Below, piece by piece: positions 29,505-36,613 of a stretch of 64,000 nt of DNA (positions are counted from its first letter, which is position 1; every line of letters starts with the position of its first letter). The notes under the pieces are model-generated. The model had not been told where the DNA came from. It worked only from the letters and a program-made list of their open reading frames with translations, and made no database searches. The DNA comes from a virus. The DNA is taken from positions 12,616 through 76,615 of the IMG/VR virus record IMGVR_UViG_3300036846_000738; one strand, written 5' to 3'. The position numbers were made by a program, and so were the translations under genes.

Positions 29505-30035
29505 ATGACCCACTACCTAGTTACCAAAGCCCTCGCGTTCGCCACCAAGGCGCACGAGGGCATGTTCCGTAAATGGTCCGGCGAGCCCTACATTGAGCAT
29601 CCCAAGCGGGTTGCCGTGCGGCTGTCGGCGCTGGGCTTCGGCCCCGAGGTGATCGCCGCCGCCTTCCTGCACGACGTGGTCGAGGATACCGCGACGACCG
29701 GCGCCGAGCTGGCCGCCGCGTTCGGCCCGGCCGTCGCCGCGCTGGTCGCGGAGGTCACCAAGCCCATCGTCCCCGGTGGCAACCGGGCCGCCCGAAAGGC
29801 CGCCTTCCGGGCGCATCTGGCGGGCTCGTCCTACGCTGGCGCCTCGATCAAGCTGTCCGACGAGATCGACAACTCAAGCGACGTCGCGGAGATGAACCCG
29901 CGCTTTGCCAAGGTCTATCTGCCCGAAATGTGCGCGGAACTTGCGGTGCTGGGCCACGGTCATCCCGAGCTGGTCACCAAGCTGACCGCCAACATCACCG
30001 CCGGATTGGCCAAGATCGCCGCTATGACGGCTTGA
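29505..30035 (+). CDS. Stand-alone RelA/SpoT-type HD hydrolase (small alarmone hydrolase/Mesh1-like)
   Basis: AH...RK..GEPYIEHP, AAFLHDVVEDT, EVT, IKLSD..DN. Confidence 0.85.
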   Translation: MTHYLVTKALAFATKAHEGMFRKWSGEPYIEHPKRVAVRLSALGFGPEVIAAAFLHDVVEDTATTGAELAAAFGPAVAALVAEVTKPIVPGGNRAARKAAFRAHLAGSSYAGASIKLSDEIDNSSDVAEMNPRFAKVYLPEMCAELAVLGHGHPELVTKLTANITAGLAKIAAMTA

Positions 30036-30060
30036 CATATAGGCCACAATGGCCTACATC
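30032..30060 (+). promoter_or_regulatory. Promoter/operator repeat copy 6
   Basis: TTGACA-TATAGGCCACAATGGCC-TACATC; its TGA is the stop of the HD gene. Confidence 0.85.
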
Positions 30061-30085
30061 GGGAGCGCAAGCAGAAAGGACCCCC

Positions 30086-30310
30086 ATGCCACGATATTAC
30101 GACGACGACTATTACGACCGGGACTATGACAGCGAAATCGAGTTCGCCGATCCCGGCGGCCGGTCTGCCTTGCGCGCCGCCAGCAAGACCAACCCGCGCA
30201 ACCTGCCCTGCCCCAACTGCGGCGCGAAGAACCGGCTGACGCCAGCCGATCGCGCGCTGGGCTACCAGTGCGATGCCTGCGCCGATCGCGCCGAACGGGG
30301 ACACGACTGA
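30086..30310 (+). CDS. Small Zn-finger protein with acidic N-terminus
   Basis: GAAAGGACCCC RBS; CPNC...CDAC. Confidence 0.75.
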   Translation: MPRYYDDDYYDRDYDSEIEFADPGGRSALRAASKTNPRNLPCPNCGAKNRLTPADRALGYQCDACADRAERGHD

Positions 30311-30311
30311 C

Positions 30312-30539
30312 ATGAGCGGTAAAATCAAAACCATCAAGCTGTCCTACCCGACGCCGAACTGGGCTCGTGATTTCGATCCCAAGGCGCCCGGCGCCGAGCC
30401 CAACGTCTACACAATTTTGCAGGTCACCGACTCGATCGAGTTCTCGCCCAAGCAGCAACTGCGCAAGGCACAGGTCGAAAGCCTGTGCGCCAGTCGCGAG
30501 TGGAAGGTGACCATCGTCCCGCCGCCGCCGAAAATATGA
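30312..30539 (+). CDS. Hypothetical protein
   Basis: ATG just after previous stop; stop at next repeat. Confidence 0.65.
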   Translation: MSGKIKTIKLSYPTPNWARDFDPKAPGAEPNVYTILQVTDSIEFSPKQQLRKAQVESLCASREWKVTIVPPPPKI

Positions 30540-30543
30540 CCCC

Positions 30544-30572
30544 TTGACATATAGGCCACAATGGCCTATATC
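30544..30572 (+). promoter_or_regulatory. Promoter/operator repeat copy 7
   Basis: TTGACA-TATAGGCCACAATGGCC-TATATC. Confidence 0.85.
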
Positions 30573-30597
30573 AGGATTGAAAGAGAGAAGGACCCGA

Positions 30598-30957
30598 ATG
30601 AAGATTTTCACCAAAGACGTTGTGGCGCGACTGGCCGCCAATGGTCGCGCCACCCGACTGGCGCAGCAAGCTGGCGAGAGCGAGCCGGACCACAATCCGG
30701 TGCTCAAGGTGTTCAACCCGGCCGGAGCCGCCACATGGCTGCTGACCGAGTCCGACCCCGGTGATCCGGATTGCCTGTTCGGCCTCTGCGACCTCGGCAT
30801 GGGCTCGCCGGAGCTGGGCAACGTGCTGCGCTCCGAGCTGGAAACCGCCAAGGGCCGCTTCGGTCTCGGCATGGAGCGCGACCGCTGGTTCAAGGCGGAT
30901 AAGCCGCTGTCGGCCTACACCGCCGACGCCAGCCGCAAGCAACGGATCGACGCATAA
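30598..30957 (+). CDS. DUF2958 family protein
   Basis: PVLKVFNP.GAATWLLTE.D....LFGLCDLGMG.PELG.V...EL...ERD..F. Confidence 0.85.
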   Translation: MKIFTKDVVARLAANGRATRLAQQAGESEPDHNPVLKVFNPAGAATWLLTESDPGDPDCLFGLCDLGMGSPELGNVLRSELETAKGRFGLGMERDRWFKADKPLSAYTADASRKQRIDA

Positions 30958-31181
30958 TGGTCCCGAGCAAAACACTTGAAATCGTCGGCACCGGTCAGGC
31001 TGCCGCTCAAATCAGGTTCAAGGCGCACGAGAGCTACGCGCTCGACGGCATCGACTTGAACGACCTCGCCATCCTCGCCATCCGGCTCAACTCCCGCATG
31101 GTCGATGGCGACGAATTACGCGACTGGCAGAACAGGATCAACCTGATGCTGTCGAACGTCGCAACACAGGAAGGCAAATAA
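30957..31181 (+). CDS. Hypothetical protein
   Basis: Translationally coupled (TAATG). Confidence 0.55.
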   Translation: MVPSKTLEIVGTGQAAAQIRFKAHESYALDGIDLNDLAILAIRLNSRMVDGDELRDWQNRINLMLSNVATQEGK

Positions 31182-31544
31182 ATGGAACTGCGCGAACCAA
31201 ACTACCACGAGTTCACCCATCTGCCGCAGTGGACCCAAGCCATTTGGATCGGCAAGTCAGGCGACGGCAAGCTCGCGAATGAGTTCGACCCCTACAAGTG
31301 GTCGGGCGACAAGCCGCCGCCCGCGATCGGCGAAAAGATCAAGGTGCTGTGCAACGGCTTGGGCAAGGGCACGGTGCTGCGCTACTTCGCCGAATATGGC
31401 TGGCTCGGCATGATCGTCCAGTTCGACAAGCCGCCGAAATGGTATCGGCAGCAGAACGGCGACAAGCCCGGCCACGTTTTCGGTATCGACCTCAACCCCC
31501 GCAGCAAACTGCTGCCTCAACCTGCAAAGGAATCCCGTGTCTGA
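31182..31544 (+). CDS. Hypothetical protein
   Basis: GGAAGG RBS; WSGDKPPPAIGE. Confidence 0.7.
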   Translation: MELREPNYHEFTHLPQWTQAIWIGKSGDGKLANEFDPYKWSGDKPPPAIGEKIKVLCNGLGKGTVLRYFAEYGWLGMIVQFDKPPKWYRQQNGDKPGHVFGIDLNPRSKLLPQPAKESRV

Positions 31545-32100
31545 ATATCTCTCCTGTGCCGAGACCGCCAAGCTGGTGCGTGCAGCACTCAAGAAGGCCT
31601 TCCCCGGCATCAAGTTTTCGGTGCGCTCACACGTCTACTCTGGCGGTGCCTCGATCAATGTCCGCTGGACCGACGGTCCATCGAGCAAGGCGGTCAAGGC
31701 GATGGCCGGGGCCTACTCCGGCGGCAACTTCGACGGCATGATCGACATGGCGTTTTCGAACTCGTCGTGGCTGATGCCGGACGGATCGGCGGCGCTTGCT
31801 TCCTCGCCGGGCTCCACTGGCTCGATGGGCGTCTATGCGCCGTATGACCACAAGGCCCCGGCGCCCGGCGCCCGCAAGGTCCGCTTCGGAGCGGACTTCG
31901 TGTTCTGCGACAAGGACTGGTCGATCGAGACCTACACCACCGCGGCGAAAAAGGTCTGCGCCGATTACGGCGTCGAGCTGCCGGAGATCAAAATCAGCGG
32001 CGGCCCCTACATCGCCAACGTCTGGAGCATCAAGGTGCCCAACGCCGACACCGATCTCGGCACCCTGATCAACCGCGAATTGCAGCAGGAGAACGCATGA
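31537..32100 (+). CDS. LPD29-like (large polyvalent protein-associated domain) protein
   Basis: TAKLVRAALKKAFPGIKFSVRS..YSGG.SI.V.WTDGP...FDGMID. Confidence 0.75.
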   Translation: MSEYLSCAETAKLVRAALKKAFPGIKFSVRSHVYSGGASINVRWTDGPSSKAVKAMAGAYSGGNFDGMIDMAFSNSSWLMPDGSAALASSPGSTGSMGVYAPYDHKAPAPGARKVRFGADFVFCDKDWSIETYTTAAKKVCADYGVELPEIKISGGPYIANVWSIKVPNADTDLGTLINRELQQENA

Positions 32101-32624
32101 CGCCGAACAATGACTACGGGCTGTTGATCGAGCCGATCAACCGCTACGGCGCCGAATATATCGATGCGCGCGTCGTGCGCCGCGACCCGAAATACGAACA
32201 CCCGATCGGCTGCCCCAGCGACGGCGATGTTTTCTTGGGCTACGGCACGCCGAAACATTTGCTTGGCTTGGTGCTGGACGGGCTCGGCATGTACGGTTTC
32301 GTCACCGACGGCAACGATCCCACCTTCATCGGCACTGAGATCGAATTTCGCGAGACCTACGGCATCAACGAACCCAAGCTGCGGCGGATGCTGAAAACGA
32401 TGCGGCGCGTCAACGCCCGAATCGCCAAGGATCAAGCGCGCGAGCCGGGCGACAAATTCACGTCACTGGCCGCGGCGCTAAAGCTCTCGTTCGCGGTCGA
32501 GCGGATCGCCCGGCGCGGCGATGGCCGTGACTGGCGCTGGATGTCAATCGCCGAAGGCCGCAACCGCTACCGCGCCCTGATCGACACCGCGGTCGCCGCC
32601 GCCGTGTCGCGGAAGATCGCTTAA
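32097..32624 (+). CDS. Hypothetical protein
   Basis: AGGAG RBS, ATGA overlap. Confidence 0.7.
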   Translation: MTPNNDYGLLIEPINRYGAEYIDARVVRRDPKYEHPIGCPSDGDVFLGYGTPKHLLGLVLDGLGMYGFVTDGNDPTFIGTEIEFRETYGINEPKLRRMLKTMRRVNARIAKDQAREPGDKFTSLAAALKLSFAVERIARRGDGRDWRWMSIAEGRNRYRALIDTAVAAAVSRKIA

Positions 32625-32642
32625 CCCATGGAGAATACAGGA

Positions 32643-32999
32643 ATGACCAAATTCAAAATAATGCTGGCGGCAGCTTTGCTCGCTGCCAGCTCGCTCCACG
32701 CGCTTTCTGCTTCGGAGAAAGAGGAAGAGGTCGCCAGCCGATCTGCAGCAATCCTGCTACTGGCCATCAACAAGTGCGGTCCAAGCAAGTTCGACAGTCT
32801 TCGCGCGATGGACCAACTCGACACCGTGTACAGCGCGACCGGCGTCAACCCGGCCAACTATCCCGAGGGCGAGTGGACGCGGAAGATTTTCTTCACCATG
32901 AGCCAGACGGATTTCCTGCGGAAAGTTCGCGACGACGATCCGCCGATGGTGAAAGCCTTCTGTAGTTCCATCGCCGAAAGGTTTCCAAACAAAGACTGA
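32643..32999 (+). CDS. Hypothetical exported protein
   Basis: MTKFKIMLAAALLAASSLHALSA signal-peptide-like N-terminus. Confidence 0.6.
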   Translation: MTKFKIMLAAALLAASSLHALSASEKEEEVASRSAAILLLAINKCGPSKFDSLRAMDQLDTVYSATGVNPANYPEGEWTRKIFFTMSQTDFLRKVRDDDPPMVKAFCSSIAERFPNKD

Positions 33000-33019
33000 C
33001 AACACGGGCGCCAACCGCC

Positions 33020-33050
33020 GGGGCGGGTTGATCTCAGGATCGCCCGCCCC
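33020..33050. terminator. GC-rich hairpin, possible terminator at array end
   Basis: GGGGCGGGTTGATC...GATCGCCCGCCCC; no clear U tract on +. Confidence 0.4.
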
Positions 33051-33090
33051 AAACCTTATTTGCCACAACCCCTTAACCCACGGCCCATTC

Positions 33091-33119
33091 TTGTCTTTTT
33101 TGACAGAATGGCCTAGATA
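33091..33119 (+). promoter_or_regulatory. Degenerate copy of array promoter ahead of HTH gene
   Basis: TTGTCT-17 nt ending GAATGGCC-TAGATA, same register as the repeat; right half-site only. Confidence 0.5.
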
Positions 33120-33127
33120 AGTGATTC

Positions 33128-33331
33128 ATGATGACCGCCGAACAATATCGAGCCGCGCTAGAGCGACTGCAAATGACTCAGGTCGCCGCTGGCGAGCTGT
33201 TTCGCGTTGGTGCGCGAACCTCCCGGCGCTGGGCGCTGGACGAGGCTCGCGTTCCCTTCGCCGTAGCCGCATTGCTGCATTTAATGCTAAAGAAGCGACT
33301 CAAGCCGCGGGATTTACTCGCGCTGGAGTAA
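33128..33331 (+). CDS. Small XRE/Cro-type HTH regulator
   Basis: YRAALERLQMTQVAAGELFRVGARTSRRWA....VP. Confidence 0.8.
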   Translation: MMTAEQYRAALERLQMTQVAAGELFRVGARTSRRWALDEARVPFAVAALLHLMLKKRLKPRDLLALE

Positions 33332-33338
33332 GCACACC

Positions 33339-33512
33339 ATGGCCAAGGAAAAAGAGGCCGCTCCCAAAATTCCGCCGACTGAGATTCGCGACGGCAACGG
33401 CAACCTGATTCCGCCGGAGCATTTCGATGACGATCAGCGCCCGACTGGCGACGTCGACAAGTCGCCCGGCTCGCTCTACGACCATCTGGTCCAGCGCGAC
33501 AAGAAAAAGTAA
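33339..33512 (+). CDS. 57-aa hypothetical protein convergent on zeta-toxin gene (below ORF-track cutoff)
   Basis: GGAG RBS; MAKEKEAAPKIPPTEIRDGNGNLIPPEHFDDDQRPTGDVDKSPGSLYDHLVQRDKKK. Confidence 0.65.
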   Translation: MAKEKEAAPKIPPTEIRDGNGNLIPPEHFDDDQRPTGDVDKSPGSLYDHLVQRDKKK

Positions 33513-34661
33513 TCACTTGCTCCGCGCGTGCAGCTTCGGCGACGAGCCCATGTTGTCGTAGACTTCCCAGTAATCCATGTCGTTGCGGTGACTGTCGAAG
33601 GTGTGTTCGTTGCTCACCGAACTCAGGGAATATTCCGGCGCCACGAACCGGCCCTTGCCGTTCTTCTCGTTGCCGTGGACGAAGCGCCCCAGTGCGCGCT
33701 CGGCGGCGGTCGCGGGACTGGCGTACATGTAGTGGCCTGAAATCTTGTAGCCCGCCGCCTTGTACTGCGCGATCCGCTTGGCGAGCGAGGTGTTGCTTTT
33801 CAGCGTCGCGTCGACGATGACGTTCAACTTGTTGTCGCGCGCGTACTGTTCCATCACCTCGCCGACGTGGCTCGCTTCCTCGTGCAGCAGCGAGGCGTTC
33901 CAGCCCTTGTATTCCGGCAGGCTTTCCTTGACGTCGTCGTTGTTGATGTACGCCGCCTTGCTGGCATCGACGGTGCCATTTTTGCCGGTGAACCAGCCCT
34001 TGCCGGAGCCGCCCCGGCCGCCAAGAATGTAGAGCGTTGGCTTCTCGCCCGCCGCTGGCGCCGCCGCCTTGACCACTTCCGGCGACATCAGCTTGTCGAC
34101 GATCTGCCGGTGAACCGGCAGACGGTCCGGCGCCCAGTGCCCGTTCGGCAACTTGTAGCCGCCCGCGCTTTGCTGACCGTCGGTCGGGAAGTCTTCGGAC
34201 AATTTCTGGCGTGCCGCGGCGTCCTGCTCGCGGGAGCCCGGCACTTTCGCGTAGAGATCATCGAGCGTCACATCCTCGATCTTCAGCAGCGACGACGCCG
34301 AGGTCGGATCGCTGGCATGATCCTCACCGCCTCCGCCACCACCATCGCCGCTACTGAACTGGCCACCTTGCGGGCTGCCGCCGGGCTCGTGATGCGGATT
34401 GAACTTTTGCAGCAGCGCCTGCGACCGGCTCTTGGTGCGCGCCCATTGGCTCTTGAGCCGGGCCGCTTTCTGTTCGGCCTGCTGTTCGGCGAGCCACTTC
34501 GCGCGGTTGCGCGCGCGAATCGGCGTCATGATCTTTTGGTCGATCGGATAGTCGACCGGGCCGATGATCGCCGCGTGCAGATCGGCGTCCTGCATTGTGC
34601 CGTCCTCGTCGAGATAGAAAAATTCCTGACCTTTAGGCGGCATGCTGTCTCCTGCCGACAT
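33513..34661 (-). CDS. Zeta-toxin family P-loop kinase with N-terminal extension
   Basis: Walker A GGRGGSGKG, INNDDVK..LPEY, HEEAS, NVIVDATL, A.ERA..RF..GRFV. Confidence 0.85.
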   Translation of the reverse strand: MSAGDSMPPKGQEFFYLDEDGTMQDADLHAAIIGPVDYPIDQKIMTPIRARNRAKWLAEQQAEQKAARLKSQWARTKSRSQALLQKFNPHHEPGGSPQGGQFSSGDGGGGGGEDHASDPTSASSLLKIEDVTLDDLYAKVPGSREQDAAARQKLSEDFPTDGQQSAGGYKLPNGHWAPDRLPVHRQIVDKLMSPEVVKAAAPAAGEKPTLYILGGRGGSGKGWFTGKNGTVDASKAAYINNDDVKESLPEYKGWNASLLHEEASHVGEVMEQYARDNKLNVIVDATLKSNTSLAKRIAQYKAAGYKISGHYMYASPATAAERALGRFVHGNEKNGKGRFVAPEYSLSSVSNEHTFDSHRNDMDYWEVYDNMGSSPKLHARSK

Positions 34662-36219
34662 ACTGATCGAAGCGCTTCATGGACTCCTTGTCCTTCAGAT
34701 CGAGCACGCCATCCCAGCTCTTGCCCAGCAACAGCTCCTTGCCGCGGGCGGAGTCGGCAATCTTCCAGATCGATTTCGGGTCGCTGGAGCGCACCGCGGC
34801 CAGCAACGGATCGGCTTCAGCCTTCGGCAGCTCCAGTTGCTCCGGCTCTTCCGGCGGCTCAATCGCAATGTCGGCCATGCCGTAGTCGCGGGCGTGACGC
34901 AGCCTCTCGCTGTCATCCATGCTGTCCCAGTATTCGTCCTGATATTCGCTGACGCTGTCCGCCAGATAGCTCGGCGCGTCTATCCGGGAAGCCTTGTCCT
35001 CGGCTTCCTTGTCGAAGGCGGCGATCAGGCGCTTCTCAATTCGCTTGCGCATGTCTTCGGTCAGGCGCTGCGATGGGTCCTCCGGCTCGATGCCCGGCAA
35101 GGTGCCTTGACTCGGATCGTAGCCGACCGGCTCCTTCAGCATGTTGTCGTCGAAGCCGATGTCCGGATCATCCTCGCCGTCGCCCCTGCGTGAATCAAAC
35201 GTCAGCTCAACAGCATCGTACAATTGCCTGTTGGTGTACGGGATCGGCGGCTGGCCTTTGTCCTCGCGATATTGCCGCGCGCCGTCGAGCGCTTCGTTGA
35301 CCCACGCCGGGACGTCTGCGGTGCTGACTTGGTCGTTGGTGAACTCATCGGCCAGCTCGCGCTTGGCGTCATCCTTGGCCTGTCCGCTGTCGCGCCAGTT
35401 TTGCTCCTCGCTCCTCAAGAACTCATCGTGGCTTTCGCGCATCCACCGATCGCGAACGTCGGACTGCACGTCGCTCGTCAGCATGTCCCAATCATCGGCC
35501 TCGATGACATTATCGCGTGCTGAGCTGCTGCTGCTGCTTTCTCCCGTCAACTTTCGCTCCAGCCCACGCCGCAGCTCCGCCCACGCCGCCGCCTCGGGCA
35601 CATAGCCGTACTTCGCCCACGCATAACCGCCGACGTCGATATTGGCGAAGACCTTGACCTTCTCGACGCCAAGCTCTCGGTAGGTTTCGACGTTGCCCGC
35701 GAGCAGGTTCTTGCCGATGTCGGAGCCGCGCGTCGATTTGTCGAGCGCGAAGTAGGCGCTCTTCGCCACCTTGTTGTCGAGATCGATCTCGCGGGCGAAG
35801 CTGCCGACCGCCGTGCCCGCGTCGGTGCGGATCGAGCCGGTGATCTCGATCGCCGAGCCGCTGCCACTGAGCTTCATCGTACCGTCGAGGCCGCCCATGA
35901 AACTCTTCTTGAACTCCGCGGGGTCTTCGCCGACCTTGTCGTTCCACTTGTCGATGAACGGCTCGATATTGGAGCTGATCATCGACAGCTCGACGTCGGC
36001 CTTTTCGAAATCCTCCCGCTTGACCTTTTTCTTGCCCTTCGGCTTCGCGGTCGATGTCGCGCCGCCGCCGCCTTCACCGAACTGGCCGCCGTCCGGGCCG
36101 CCTGCGGGCACGCGCGGATGCTTGCCCTCGTCCCATTCTTTCTGCAGCAGTCGGCGCGATCTTGCCTTGGCAATCTGGAAGCGCTGCGCGGTGCTGAGCT
36201 GGGTCTCGTCAAGCCGCAT
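34633..36219 (-). CDS. Polyvalent-type protein: HPR..GGQF leader plus GNAT-like acetyltransferase domain with acidic insertion
   Basis: WDEGKHPRVPAGGPDGGQF; TRGSDIGKNLL...ANIDVGGYAWAKYGY. Confidence 0.65.
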   Translation of the reverse strand: MRLDETQLSTAQRFQIAKARSRRLLQKEWDEGKHPRVPAGGPDGGQFGEGGGGATSTAKPKGKKKVKREDFEKADVELSMISSNIEPFIDKWNDKVGEDPAEFKKSFMGGLDGTMKLSGSGSAIEITGSIRTDAGTAVGSFAREIDLDNKVAKSAYFALDKSTRGSDIGKNLLAGNVETYRELGVEKVKVFANIDVGGYAWAKYGYVPEAAAWAELRRGLERKLTGESSSSSSARDNVIEADDWDMLTSDVQSDVRDRWMRESHDEFLRSEEQNWRDSGQAKDDAKRELADEFTNDQVSTADVPAWVNEALDGARQYREDKGQPPIPYTNRQLYDAVELTFDSRRGDGEDDPDIGFDDNMLKEPVGYDPSQGTLPGIEPEDPSQRLTEDMRKRIEKRLIAAFDKEAEDKASRIDAPSYLADSVSEYQDEYWDSMDDSERLRHARDYGMADIAIEPPEEPEQLELPKAEADPLLAAVRSSDPKSIWKIADSARGKELLLGKSWDGVLDLKDKESMKRFDQYVGRRQHAA

Positions 36220-36220
36220 C

Positions 36221-36613
36221 TCAGGCGACCCGATGCAGCTTGTAATTTCGCGCCACCGCGACCGAGGCCGCGGCCCGCCATGGATTGGCCGCCACGTAGA
36301 TCAGGCCGTAGGACAAGGTCGAGGTGATGCCGCCGGTGATGATGCGGATCACGTCGCTGTAGCGTCCGGCCGCCAGCGGTGCGGTTTTGGCCGCCGGGAT
36401 TTGGATCGCGCACTGCCCGGCGAGCGCATCGGTGATGGCGATGCCGACGTCGTTTTCATCGAGCGCGCGCTGAAAGTTCGCGGTCATCAGCGCCCATTGG
36501 ATTTGCGGCGATCCGCTCAGATCGAACGGGTCGCCGTTTTCGTCCAGCAGCGTGGCGTTGATCTGCCAATCGTCGCCCGCGCTCCAATACACTTGCTCGT
36601 GGGTGGTGGTCAT
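36221..36613 (-). CDS. BppU-like adaptor/structural protein
   Basis: GDDW.I...L.DENG.PFDLSG...ITDALAGQ..I; resembles 3511..3858. Confidence 0.6.
   Translation of the reverse strand: MTTTHEQVYWSAGDDWQINATLLDENGDPFDLSGSPQIQWALMTANFQRALDENDVGIAITDALAGQCAIQIPAAKTAPLAAGRYSDVIRIITGGITSTLSYGLIYVAANPWRAAASVAVARNYKLHRVA

Noticed and set aside
25711-30572. Repeats as a CRISPR array or integron attC sites
   Set aside because: Spacing is 250-1300 bp with whole genes in between. No cas or integron integrase is present, there are no attC R-box ends, and the repeat fits -35/17/-10 geometry.
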